DNA of 64,000 bases, from assembly GCA_964016885.1 (NCBI GenBank), contig OZ024740.1, positions 152,520,001 to 152,584,000 of the forward strand. The letters are read 5' to 3'. The position numbers and the translations under genes are program-made. The stretch is from Eledone cirrhosa. Its lineage: Eukaryota. The stretch's first letter is position 1, and every line of letters begins with the position of its first letter. The notes under the pieces were generated by a model that was not told the DNA's origin, did not search any database, and was given only the letters and a program-made list of their open reading frames with translations. Positions 13,706 to 26,641 of the stretch are shown piece by piece.

Positions 13706-14732
13706 CAAGAATTAATTATATCGTGCAATCATAGAATTAGAAAACTTTCAAATATTATTAACCTAATTAATATACACTTCTATTTTACTAATTAATATAC
13801 ACTTATATTTTACAAATTATTATAATTAGTTTTTTTTTATTTAGTTAACCTATAATTAGTATTTTACTACTGAGAACTTCATAATTTTACAGCTATCTTT
13901 TCCTAAAATTAATACCTATAAGTATACATATAAACTATTTTAATTTCCTGTTATGAATCTAAATTCCTTGTAGTCTATATAAGTTTGTTATTTCTCACTA
14001 ATACATTTATCTCCAAACAAATTTTTTTATTCGTTTTTAACAACATTCTTTAATAACATCTAACTCTCATTTATCACATCTATATGAATTAATATAAATT
14101 TATCCCTATAAATATACCTATCAATTAAATTAATTTAATTTCTTTTTATAGATCTAAATTCTTTATGTTTTAAATAAGTTTGGTATTTCTCACTAACACA
14201 TTTATCCTAAAATGTTATTCTCCTTCGATTTTAACATTAGCATTATTCTTCAAAACTGAAGTCTGCATTCCTCTACCCCTAAATTAAATTTCTACTACTA
14301 CTAATATTCTATCAATTTGACCACTTACTACTTTTCTATTGGTCAATTCAAAGCCTGTTCCCAAACAGACCTATTATATTAAATCTTTGTTGGGTTTTTT
14401 CAATAAACAAATATCATTATTTCTGAAGACAGCATATATATGTGTAGGTATGTATATTCCTCTGATAGTTTGTAAATTTTTTACATAGATCTATATGATA
14501 TACATACCAACACACACATATATATCCTAGAAACGATCGTAAAATGATGAATTTTTTAATATAAGTAACTGTTTCTTTGTTTTTATTCATTGTTTTTATT
14601 AATTTATCTTGACTCTGTTTTCCTGTGATTTTCATCGAAAAAATATTTGAATACATCTCTTTTCATGATATTTGGATTACTTTGAGTTCTTCGTATGGAT
14701 TGGACACTACCGTATATTTTGGTAGATTTATC

Positions 14733-14763
<31 letters not shown>

Positions 14764-14771
<8 letters not shown>

Positions 14772-15127
14772 GTGAGGTTTTTTTTTTTTTTTACAAAATG
14801 AAAAATAACCAAGGTGTCCTACACGACTGAAAGTATAAGGAAAAAAAGATGAAATCGAAAATGCAACTGGAGTCTTATTTTTAAAAAAATATATATATTT
14901 ATTTGGTTCCTTTACCGGTTTCGCAGTTCTTCTGCTTTTCAAAAGTAGAGTTGAGATGGAGGGTCTGTGGTTTTTCTCACATCTGATGTGAGAAAAACCA
15001 CAGACTCTCCATCTCAACTCTACTTTTGAAAAGCAGAAGAACTGCGAAACCGGTAAAGGAACCAAATAAATATATATATTTTTTAAAAAATAAGACTCCA
15101 GTTGCATTTTCGATTTCATCTTTTTTT

Positions 15128-15131
<4 letters not shown>
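14764..15131. mobile_element. Family C fold-back insert in (TA)n with an HHR in each arm
   Basis: Near-perfect inverted arms of about 148 bp centred on T14984, with the left arm about 70 bp longer. Second copy at 44221-44580. Confidence 0.85.
15023..15058 (+). ncRNA. Minimal type I HHR, U3-A8 core variant (mirror copy 14910-14945, minus strand)
   Basis: CTT-TTGAAAA-GCAG aagaa CTGC-GAAA-CCGG-TA-AAG. Confidence 0.6.
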
Positions 15132-15170
<39 letters not shown>

Positions 15171-15173
<3 letters not shown>

Positions 15174-16591
15174 CGAAGGAAATGTGGTAAGGAACCAGGT
15201 GGACCATAACGCACCAAAGTACTCAATACTTAGGGTAGTAGAGAGGGTAATAGGAACGAGTAGGACCCCGACGGCTGAGCTCAAACCGTTTCGACGGCTA
15301 ATTCTGGACTAAATAAAAGTTTTTATCCTGGTATTTGAATAGCCGAGCTTCTCAGGGGGTAATTCCATATATGGTAAAAATGATTGTCACAAGGAATGGT
15401 CAAAAGTTTGTTGTTGAGACATAATAATTCTATCATGGCAATTTGTGGAGGGAAGGGGTAGCTGAACCTGCCAGTAGAAGAAAGAGGGAGAGGGGGTGGA
15501 GGGAACCCAGTCGTGGTGCGTTGATAGTGCCAACTATAGCTGGGCATGAGGTCAAAGAAGATACTAGGGGGAGGAAGTCGAAACAATAAGTAAAACAATA
15601 TGGGGTAAACATATAGAAAAATGCCGAGTGTTAAAAAACAATTAAATGTAAAAAAAAAAAAAACGCTTTAATTTCTCGTATATCAGTATTTATTTTATTA
15701 TTTTTTTGTTGGAGCCCCCTCCAGGGGGCGGGGGATTCTGATTTAATTTTCCGTATCAAATTTTACATATACTTCGTACGAGCATTTATGTAGTTTGCAC
15801 TAGAATTTTTGTATCGTGGCAGCACCCTTAGAGATAGTATTAGTTTTCTTTTTCGGGATTCTGAATTATTATTTCGTATTAGTTTTTTTTTTGTGCACTG
15901 GGTGGTTGCTGGCCTTGTGCCTAGGGTAGAAACCTTTATTTCGTACTGGTCTCGGGACTCTGAATTATTATTTCGTGGTAGTTTCTTTAGTATTTTGGCC
16001 CCCCACTTGATGACCCGTCACCGTAAGATATATTCGGTTATTTACTTATACCTCTTAAAAGGGTCTCATTATAATTCCGTCCCACCTAGTAAAACTTTCT
16101 TTAGTCTAGCAGTACCAGTGAGAGACTTGATAGCTGTATAGCTGTCCTTAGGTTATAGTAACCAGAAATTGTTTTTTTTTTTTGTTTCTTTACATTTAAT
16201 TGTTTTTTAACACTCGGCATTTTTCTATATATTTACCCCATATTGTTTTACTTATTGTTTCGACTCCCCCCCCCCCCTAGTATCTTCTTTGACCTCATGC
16301 CCAGCTGTAGTTGGCACTATCAACGCACCACAACTGGGTTCCCTCCACCCCCTCTCCCTCTTTCTTCTACTGGCAGGTTCAGCTACCCCTTCCCTCCACA
16401 AATTGCCATGATAGAATTATTATGTCTCAACAACAAACTTTTGACCAATCCTTGTCACAATCACTTTTACCATATATGGAATTACCCCCTGAGAAGCTCG
16501 GCTATTCAAATACCAGGATAAACATTTTTATTTAGTCCAGAATTAGCCGTCGAAACGGTTTGAGCTCAGCCGTCGGGGTCCTACTCGTTCC
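15171..16591. mobile_element. Family A long inverted insert in (TA)n
   Basis: Inverted arms about 15171-15660 (minus) and about 16189-16591 (plus) around a spacer of about 530 bp. The left arm has an extra tail of about 80 bp. ORFs 15323-15598(-) and 16243-16521(+) are near-identical, confirming the inversion. Confidence 0.85.
16484..16579 (+). ncRNA. HHR-like fold with non-canonical core (mirror copy 15265-15360, minus strand)
   Basis: ACCCC-CTGAGAA-G..CGGCTA[extended stem II]TAGCCG.C-GAAA-CGGt TTGAGCTCA GCCG-TC-GGGGT. The core deviates from CUGANGA. Confidence 0.5.
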
Positions 16592-16703
16592 TATATATAT
16601 ATATATATACATACATTATCATAGTAATATCTGTATATATAAAGAATAGAAGCAACTGAGAAAACTAGACTGCATAAATGAGTATAAACATTATTAGTAT
16701 ATA

Positions 16704-17153
16704 CAGGTATACCTCGGCTTGCGTTACTTCGAGGTTCGTCATTTTCGAAATTATGGATTTTTTTCTTAATATTAAGACAAAAATATTAAACCATAATAAA
16801 AACTAAAAAAACATCAAAAACATAAAACCACATTTAAATAAATGCTATAATATACAGCATAGATTAATGCAGTGTATTATTATGTGTGGATTGGCAGTAT
16901 CGGTAGGGGGTCGGATGCCATGCTTTCCAGCATAGTTACGTCCCTTTACGGTCTGAGTTCAAATCTCGCCGAGGTTTACTTTACCTTTCATCCTTACGGG
17001 GTCGATAAAATAAAGTACCAGTAATGCACTGGATAATTGGTGGCCTTGTGCCAAAAGTAGAAACAATTATTATGTATAAAATCATTTAGCGGTTTATAGG
17101 GGGTTTAATTCGATATTCGTCGTTTTTTTTTTTTTACGCAAGTCTTGAACCTG
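16704..17153. mobile_element. Tc1/mariner (Tigger-like) MITE containing a SINE
   Basis: TA-CAGGT...CTTGCGT at the left end and its imperfect inverse ACGCAAG...ACCTG-TA at the right end, with TA on both flanks. Confidence 0.55.
16886..17070 (+). mobile_element. tRNA-related SINE, family 1 (Meta-domain-like centre)
   Basis: A-box-like TGGCAGTATCGG, B-box GAGTTCAAATC, centre CCTTTCATCCTTACGGGGTCGATAAAATAAAGTACCAG, (ATT)n tail. At least nine copies in the window. Confidence 0.85.
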
Positions 17154-17538
17154 TAGATATGTAAGCATGAAAAGTATACGTATTTCCCTGTAAAATGGAA
17201 AATAGTAAACACTTTTAACTAATTTTCAAGCCTAGTTCAGCTTTCATCAGCTGGTGTGTATATCATCTAAATTACGATAAGGAAACACCTAGTGGAGGGG
17301 CGTATATCACCTATGAGTTTCTTCTTTGTTTTGTTTTTTTTTAGCTTGTTTTAATTTATTGCCATGGTATAATTTACAATGTTTCAAGAGATACACACCC
17401 TGAATGTGAGTTTCGTTTTTTATTTTTATTTTCAATTGCCCAATCAAAGTTCAATACGTAAGTTTTACCGTGTTATACCTTAATTCCGTTTAATCACCAC
17501 GGATGTTCATGATAAAATGACAAGTCAGTCAATCATAT

Positions 17539-17589
17539 TGATGGCCTCCCCACAGCAGCGGCGGAGAGAATGGAGAAGGCGTTTCCCCA
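17539..17589 (-). mobile_element. Tiny 3' fragment of the CRE-like LINE
   Basis: Matches 34026-34080 (GAATGGAGAAGGC.TTTCCCC, encoding GNAFSILS). Confidence 0.6.
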
Positions 17590-18030
17590 ATTATAGTACT
17601 ATTCTGAAATAGACATATTATTAATGGTGGATTGGCAGTATCGGTAGAGGGTCGGACGCCATGCTTTGACGCATAGAGTTACGGCCCTTGCCATTCTGAG
17701 TTCAAATCCCGCCGAGGTTAACTTTGCCTTTCATCCTAACGGGGGTCGATAAAATAAAGTACCAGTAATACACTGGAATAATTGCTGGCCTTGTGCCTAT
17801 TTTAGAAGCAATTATTGATGCAGATTTTTAATGCATATGATAAAGTTAGAATAGAACACCTATCAATTCTCCCTGTCCGACGGGGATATCTCCCATCCAC
17901 TTTGGGGTGGGTAAGGGAAGACTTCTCTTGTGAAAATGGCTCTAGCTTTCATTATGTAAAATCTCCCCATTTTGCCTCATGTCTTTTTCACTGTACTCCC
18001 AGTTTGGTTTTTTATAGTTTGGCAGGTCTG
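17590..18030. mobile_element. CAGACCTGCCAA-ended MITE (partial) with SINE family 1 inserted at 17626-17815
   Basis: Collinear with 39760-40081 once the SINE is removed, and ends TTGGCAGGTCTG. A further partial copy lies at 18887-18985. Confidence 0.75.
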
Positions 18031-18138
18031 GAATAGAAATAACCGAGACTGTGTAAATGTTTATATAGATTAATATAGTTTTAGTATATTGACATGTAAA
18101 CATGCCTATATACTAAAAATGTATATACACACACACAA

Positions 18139-18201
<63 letters not shown>

Positions 18202-18449
18202 GTATGTATGTGTGTGTGTTTGTGTGTATTTATATATATATTTATGGCAAGGCGGTGTGAGTGTGTGTGTTCATATGCATTATGTGTGTGCACGTGTAAT
18301 CAGGCGAGTCAAATACTATGATTATCGTTATGTTCATGTGTGTATATATAAAGAGATCTGCTAAATGGACCTATCTATCTATGTATACGCTGTTAATCTG
18401 TATAAATCTCTGAATATATGTATGAAAGTATATACACATATATGTGTGC

Positions 18450-18501
<52 letters not shown>

Positions 18502-19723
18502 GTACATAAGATTACAAATTTATACATATATACACTTATACACTCAATCAGGCTGAATAAATCTTGTGTTTAAACCAAAGGCAGTTTCTCCGCGGTGTTA
18601 ACTGTAAATCTATTTATAAATTGCCTGAAAAGTTGCTCTCTCTTCGCTAATATACTCATATACAGATGTAGGTAAAGTTATTGCAGAACAGATTCGGCGT
18701 GCAATAGCCTAGCAAATAGCAGAACATGCTAGTACGAACAATACGAATAAATAAAAAAAGATACAACACAATGAAATAGCAGCGACCTTATATAGTCTGG
18801 TTTCCATCCGTATAATAGCAAGACAGTGAACCGCACTCCCGTACCAGTAGCTTTTGTGGATTTAGCTATGATGCATAACTTCTTTGCAGACCTGCCAACC
18901 TCTAAAACCCAAATGGAAAGTACCATGAAAACAAGGGCCCCAAAACGGGGAGAAATTAGGCAAAATGGGGAGATTTTAGATAATTATAGCGTTTTTCTAT
19001 TTCTTTTCTGCCCAATGGTGCTGCTGAACTCAAAGAGGTGGCTCCGGTCATAAAACGTTTATTACGTTGCCTATTGCTTAGAATTTCGAACTCACGATCA
19101 TAATAAGATGAGTTCGATTCCTGGAAGCGTTCTTTTCTTCAGCAAGACTCCACGCTGCTTTTCATGATAGAACTAGAGCTACTATCATCAAAATACCCCA
19201 GATGTGATTTAAACCTCATATCAGGCCAAATAAACCTACATTCTACTTTTTATTTCATATGCAGTCCGACACATGAAAGCAGTGTTTGAATGTACTTTTG
19301 CACGAAATCAACTGTTTGAAGTCAAATGATTTTTAAGCAATGAAGCAGAAACCCTGCAATATTATAATCACAAAACATGTAATAGATGTAGAAATGGTGA
19401 ATAATTTAGCAGCGTTGTTCATTAAGAAAGAAAGTTGTCATTGTCGTTGTTAATTTTATTGTTGTTGATGTTGAAGCTGTCGTTTAGCACTTCACTATCT
19501 CTTATCGAACTAATCTATAATCAGAAACGTCTTTTAATGCGGTTATGGTGCATCTGTGACGTTATCCAACACGCCATTTCATTTTTTCGTAGGATAATAT
19601 TTGAAAGAAATTTAGTTGCTGAAATTACGTCTGCTGGCTACACAAAAATATTTCTTATCTATTTTTTTTATCGTATCAACTAATTTTGCCAATGAGGGTC
19701 TCAAAGGGATTTCTAAAGCTTAT

Positions 19724-19773
19724 ATAAACACATTTAAGATAGCAATACATATGCACACATTTATGCATAGAAA

Positions 19774-19817
<44 letters not shown>

Positions 19818-19863
19818 TATGCATAAATGTGTGCATATGTATTGCTATCTTAAATGTGTTTAT
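19724..19863. repeat. Perfect 50-bp inverted duplication centred on a (TA)n tract
   Basis: 19724-19773 is the reverse complement of 19814-19863. Confidence 0.9.
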
Positions 19864-21322
19864 TTGTGTGAGAAAGTGTGATGTATACGTGAATGTTTGT
19901 CTATGTTTGCTTTCAGCATATTTGTCTTTAGAATTTTTTTGAGATTTTTAAATATTTCTCGTTTTTTGTTGTTTTTTTTCTGTGAATTATTTGTCACAAG
20001 TTAAGACAACCGATGAATGTGTGTTGATGAAAGTGAAGATGATAATCATTATAGTAGGATTAACTATAATGAATTACGTAGGAGAATAAGAAACAGGTTA
20101 GTATTTGAGACAAACAACAAAATGAAACGAACTTTTGAATAGAAAGAAAAGGAAACGATTCTATTGAGAACAACTACTTTGAAGTACAACAGCGCCTTCC
20201 AAGAACACAAAGTACTTGAATGGATTGCCCAAAAAGGGACATTAACGAATAAAATAACGAATACATAACACTAGAGGACATACTAACATCAACGGAAATA
20301 CAGGTTTAAAGGGGTAGTAAATGGAACAAAGAGCACGATTAGAAAAAAAAAACATTACAAATCAGAAAGATAGGGGGAAAATACAATAACACCACACGCT
20401 TGACCCATCATAAGGAATTCCATTTTATACTATAGGCTCTTAACTTCTTGTGGAGTCGTTGTGTACAGGCGTTGTAGTGATATATGGTGTATTTTGGGCG
20501 TCTAAATTTGGTCAAGCCTATTCTTTTTCTGCTGTGAAGACAATTTCTTCCAGATAAAGAAAGAAAGAACGAGAGAAAAAAAGAGGGTAAGGTGGAGAGA
20601 GAGAGGAAACATCGACAAGTCATTATTTTACACAAGGAAGTGGAACTAATACGGTAACTCCTTATATCTGGTGTTCTAACGACTCTGCCAATGAGCCGTC
20701 TTGGAATTATTATAGAAGGCAGCAACAAGAGAGGAAAAAAACTTAGAAGAAATTGAATTGGTTACCGAAGAGCTTTTGATAGTATAATATATTCTTAGGC
20801 ATGGACATTCTTGAACTTTTGTGTCGAAGCCTGTATGAGAAATGGAAATACATAAAATAATATAACAAAAATTTCTTCTACATGTTTCTGATATATAATT
20901 AATCTTCATTGTCTATTTATTTTCTATTCTGTTCACTGATTTAGTCATTTAAATATTTCTTTTTATACATGCCTTGGGACCATGTGTGATCAATGATTAC
21001 ATGAAGGGATGAATGTCCTAAAATATTTGGGGATCCATTATATAATTATAGCAGTCTAAACACGTACATGATGCATTAACCATGATACTGACAATATGGA
21101 ACGAGGTAAAGACAATATAATTTAAACCAGGGGTTCTCAAAGTGGGCGCTACCGCCCCGGGGGCATTGAAAAGGTCCAGGGGGCACTGGGGGGCCAGTAG
21201 AAATGATATAATAGAATATTAAATATCAAATGATACATATTATATATAAATATATTAAAATAAAAAATATATGTTTATTGATACATAGTATATCATATAT
21301 AAATTAACGATTTTATTTATTA

Positions 21323-23360
21323 CTAGCAGATTTACCCGGCGTTGTTCGGGGTTTGAAATTATGCTAAGAATATACAGCTAGGAAGTAAAAGAAGAACATT
21401 ATTTGTCCCCAACCTGTCAAAATAAGCAGAAGTCTTCAATAATTAATGCAAACGAATATTTAGTACAATCTTTGTACACATAAAACTATGTTGATAATGA
21501 AGGAAAACACTGAACAGGATGTAGTTATACAAATGATTAAAGACAATACACGTTGCAAATCTGTAAAAAAAACAGGCAATTTTGCTAAAGTACAAAAAGT
21601 TGTAATGAAAGCAGAGTTGTATACAAACCAAAAAACAATGAGAGTAGAATAAGAGAAAATCTATTCTTTGAGAGCATCCTTTGCTGTGTGTGGTTACATT
21701 TTTAACTTATAATCCAAAATATCCTGCATGACATATTCATTGGTATGTTTTGTAATGAGTAAGGTATTCATTGGTATGTTTTGTAATGAGTCAAGGCAGA
21801 GCTGTAATAAGTTTTTTTGACACTAAAGTACTTCAGGATAGACGATATTCTTTGTTTTTCTTTTCGGAACAAACGCAAAGAGATTATCTCGAATGCCTGA
21901 TCCGGATAGAATGGTAGCGTCAATACTAAGTAGAGACATTTTTTAACCACAAGGCGTGTATCATTGCATAGTTTTGGAGGAGTGATATTTCTCAGCAAAA
22001 TAACTGGCGTTCTCTCTTTCAGAACCAATGTATTAGGAGGTAAACCAGGAGGATTTAAAGAATTTAGAAATTCAACTGGATAATTGACTGCATCCTGTGG
22101 ATCACATACAGTATCATAGATTTATATATCCGTGGACATCCAGGAAGAAGCTGAAGAAGCTGATTGTTAATACAGCTAACTGTGATATTTTTGGGTGCAA
22201 GAATGGCTCTTTCGCATAGCCAATCAAGATTCGTATAGTTATCACGCAAGTTCGGGAATACACTCGCCTTGAGATCATCGACAGTTTCAACTACATTGCA
22301 GATGTGATCAATTGCTATGTGTCCATCTGTATCCGGAGGTAGGTTACCATCTCCTATTGTAAGAATGTCTCCAGCAAATGTTGATGACAGAGAGTCCCCA
22401 TGCAACCTTGCACGCATGTTGGTAGTTAGTCTTAATGATGTCACTTGTCGCCACAATGGTGAAGACTTAAGACATGCATTTACCGCATCTGCTCTTGTTC
22501 CTTTCGGTATTATAGGAAGAGTCTGTCTGAAGTTTCCTGATAGCAGAAGGTTGACACCCCCCCCCCCATAACATCACTGCAATCCAGTATGTCTTGCAAA
22601 AACCTGTCTAGTGCCTCAAGAGCACCTTTGTGCGCCATTGTGCACTCATCCCAAACAATAAGGTGACACCTTCGCAGCAGATGAGCCCTTTCGGAGTCTT
22701 TGGTGATATGACAAGTAGGAGTTTCCAATTTTGCCAAATCAAGGGGCAATTTAAAACCTGAATGTGCCATCCTTCCACCAGGGAGCAAAGTTGCTGCCTT
22801 TCATATTTTTGTACTGTCTCTGCAGATCTTGCTGCAGCAGTATCTGTAGCATCCATAGCAAGGCGTGTTTCACGTTGCTCTGTAGTCTCTGCAGCTCGTG
22901 CTGCAGCAGTTGCTTTAGCATTATTGGTTCGCCGCACTAACCGACGCTCAGCGGCGGACAAAGATGTTGCAATAACTGTACTCACGCATTTAGCGATTGT
23001 TTATTTTCGGTTATCGGCGGAGCGTCATTTACACGCATTGTTTTCTACGACCGATAGCCAATATGTGCATACTTTCTTTTACGGGGCATATTTGGTGAAA
23101 AGGTTATCTCCCTTTTTTATAAGGATTATCAATAAAGTTTGTTATCTCCCTTACATCAATTTTTCTACCGATAATTTTGATATCGATTTTTTATTGCTCA
23201 ATGTGTGTCGATTTGAAAAATGTTTGTGATGTGACAATCTTAGCGACCTGTGCAACGTGCACAGAAAATTTGGTCAAATTCAGTTGGTAATTGTGAAAAC
23301 CTTATGCATGCAAAGTTGTACACAGACACACACAGATCCTCGCTTTTATATATATAAAGA
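21323..23360 (-). mobile_element. Internally deleted Helitron with both termini
   Basis: The minus strand begins TCTTTATATATATAAAAG and ends in a GC hairpin plus CTAG, inserted between A and T with no TSD. It encodes Pif1 helicase remnants. Confidence 0.9.
21900..22985 (-). pseudogene. Helitron RepHel remnant: N-terminal repeat fused to Pif1 helicase motifs
   Basis: ETTEQRETRL repeat, LPGGRMAHSGFKLP, LIVWDECTMAHKGALEALDR, LTTNMR, ERAILAPKN and VILLRNI.PPKLCN.TRLVV, with several frameshifts. Confidence 0.9.
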
Positions 23361-23649
23361 TACATTATTTACAATTTGCATGTAGGCAGGTCTCTCTGGG
23401 AATAGGGGTGGGGGCGCTGAGAGTATTATGTGGCTGTGAGAGGAGCGGTCGCCCCAAAAATTTGAGAACCTCTGATTTAAACCATAACTATATCCACGAG
23501 AAGAGTGAATGTCCATTGAGTTTTCATATTCCCTCAACACCTCTGCCTAGATCTACTGAACGAAATCAGCAATAGCTATAGATGAAAACGAAATTTAAAG
23601 CTCCCATTTAGGTTGGATCTCATAGGAGGTTTCTTGGTTGTTTTAATTA

Positions 23650-23833
23650 TAATTGTTTCTAGATTTGGCACAAGGCCAGCAATTATCCAGTACATTACTG
23701 GTACTTTATTTGATCGACCCCGTAAGGATGAAAGGCAAAGTTAACCTCGGCGGGATTTGAACTCAGTCTGTAAAGGGACGTAACTATGCTGGAAAGCATG
23801 GCGTCCGACTCTCTACCGATACTGCCAATCCAC
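23650..23833 (-). mobile_element. SINE family 1, full length (partial copy also at 24492-24567)
   Basis: Reverse complement of 16886-17070. Confidence 0.85.
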
Positions 23834-25103
23834 AGCTCTCGTTTTAATTATAATGACCCTAGTCCCATCAAAATGTGAGATGAAGCGTCTTGCGCAAGAA
23901 CATAAGCACCAGCCGCCAGATCCGCGAATTAAACCCGTAACTATTAAGTGGCATGCTTTCACAATGATTATAGATATACGGGAAAACTTAAACCGTCTAC
24001 TATATAGACATGATTAAATGGATCAGGGCCGGGGTTTGTCAAGTCACGTGGCATCTTGAAGACGTCTCTTTAACATAGACTAGGATCAGTTAATACCTCG
24101 TGATTGAAACTGAGTAGACTGAAGTTGCATAGAAGCCCGTCACATGGATTGTGCATTTAATTAATATGTCCAGCCTTGTGACATATTCTGTCATACATAT
24201 TCTGTCATACTAATTCTGTCTGAGAATTACGATGTGTGTGAAATACTCAAACCCTTACTTGTTAAATCGAATGTTCAGTTAATCGAACGTCTGAATGCTT
24301 CTCGTCGAAACCGACGAAGGATCTATTATTCTTATATAGACAACATATAATGAGTAGTTGTTTTATAGTATCTGACTAGTGCATTTTTTCTATCTATCCT
24401 GAAAAGCAAAGCCAATATAAACTCGGCAGAATATAAACTCGGAAGGTAAAGAACAGGAACAAATATCGCAAGTCAAAATGAATTATTGGTAATAATTGTT
24501 TCTACATTTGGCACAAGGCCAGCAATTATCACAGTGTATTACTGGTGCTTTATTTTATCGACCCCGTAATAATATAAATGTTACAAATAATGGAAATGAT
24601 AATGGCGAACATAACGATGATGATGATGAACATGATAATGACGATGACAACGACGACGACAATGATAATAATGATGATGATGGTGATGAGGACGCGGAGG
24701 GAGGAGGAGGAGGGGGGGAGGGATGAAGGAGGAGGAGGGATGAAGGAGAGGACCATGACGACGATGACGACGACGATAATGTTGATGAAGATGATGATGC
24801 TGAGTTAAATATCAACGAAACTCGCGATTTCATTGAATCCGCTCGTCATGCACTAAACTGCAGTAAAAGAAAAAAGCCTATTATAACTGTGTTTAAGGCA
24901 TGAAGGCACGTGAAATAGCTGTCAGTTTCCTTTGTTTGATTGATTTTACATCGATTTATTTGTTCATATATTCATTGGGTAATTTAACTCATATTTAAGT
25001 CGTATTCAATATTTATTTATTTTTCTACTACGTTTCATTTTTTTGTTTGTTAGTACTTTCGTGTTTAAAAAGAAATTTTGTTGAAAAGTTTGCAAGCAGA
25101 AGG

Positions 25104-25166
<63 letters not shown>

Positions 25167-25171
25167 TATAT

Positions 25172-25490
<319 letters not shown>

Positions 25491-25533
25491 TCTCTCTCTC
25501 TCTCTCTCCCTCTCGATATATATATATATATAT

Positions 25534-26501
25534 AAGTAGAAGTGGTATTTAATTTGTTGGAAGTCCGACAAACATAAATGTTTATAACTGATTTAGAGCA
25601 CTCAACAGTTTACTGGAGTAAATATTCAATGATATTAAATAAATGGAAACTATATTTATAAAACCATATTTATTTTATATATATTTCAAGGGTAACCAAG
25701 ACAACATTGGTACGCTTTCATCAGATAAAATACAAAGTTTGTTTTATAAATAGAGACGTATCCATGAAAATCATACCTTATCGGTTGGAAATTCACTGGG
25801 TTGTGGAAATATATTAGGGATTATTCAAACTTATACCCATCTATCGGTATATCTATCTATTTATCTATTTATCTATTTATCTATTTATTGATTTATTTTT
25901 CGATTTATTTTTCGATTTATTTTTCGATTTATTTTTCTATCTATTTATTTTTCCATATATTTTCTATCTAATTGTATATATATATATTTATTTTTCTATA
26001 TATATCTATTTATTTATCTATCTACTTATAACAGTAAATATTATATTAAAAAGAATTTTAACAACTAAATATTCATAAATACACGTACCATTAGTAGATA
26101 TATACTTAAAATATATTCCCCCAAATTAACGTTACATGAGTTCTATTCATCCTCTTGTTAATTTCTTCTCTCTATCTCTCTCGTAATATTAATATTTTTT
26201 TCGCTCTCTTTCTTCTCTATCTTTCTCCAGTGTCATTTAAATAAACGGTTGTTTATTTAAATTACTTACATATTCATTTGCATATTCACACATAAGTTTG
26301 AATAATCCCTAATATATTTCCACTACCCAGTGAATTTCCAACCGATAAGGTATGATTTTCATGGGTATGTCTCTATTTATAAAACAAACTTTGTATTTTA
26401 TCTGATGAAAGCGTACCAATGTTGTCTTGGTTACTCTTGAAATATATATAATAAAATAAATATGGTTTTATAAATATAGTTTCCATTTATTTAATATCAT
26501 T
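25534..26501. mobile_element. Family D PLE pLTR, inverted pair
   Basis: Minus arm 25534-25835 and plus arm about 25835-26501. Homologous to 41510-42210, which follows a GIY-YIG remnant. Confidence 0.85.
26394..26458 (+). ncRNA. Type I HHR (degenerate mirror copy 25671-25732, minus strand)
   Basis: TATTTTAT-CTGATGA-AAGcGTACCAA..TTGGtTACtCTT-GAAA-TATATA-TA-ATAAAATA. Confidence 0.85.
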
Positions 26502-26641
26502 GTATATCTCCTTACGTTTTTCTGTTTCATTTTCCCTTCCCCGTCTCTGCCTATCCTTCGCACTCACTCCTTCGTTCAACCCCACCCCGCTTCACACACC
26601 TGCTTTCTCATCCCTCCCCCTGCTTTCACCCAACGCCCACC

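Larger units (their letters stand above)
21128..23474. mobile_element. hAT-type MITE split by a Helitron
   Basis: TIRs CAGGGGTTCTCAAA and TTTGAGAACCTCTG, with an 8-bp TSD ATTTAAAC at 21120-21127 and 23475-23482. Confidence 0.9.

Noticed and set aside
13640-14740. AT-rich TA-flanked block with a diverged repeat (about 13980 versus 14175)
   Set aside because: Probably a decayed element, but no motif allows assignment.
14604-16521. Duplicated small ORFs (MVPLPVSQFF..., MFYLLFRLPPP..., and MKGLLYYDHF... at 55 and 57 kb) as a peptide gene family
   Set aside because: They recur only because they lie in inverted repeat arms, and show no coding signature.
16886-17070. tRNA genes at A/B-box motifs
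   Set aside because: No cloverleaf, and the boxes belong to multi-copy SINE heads.
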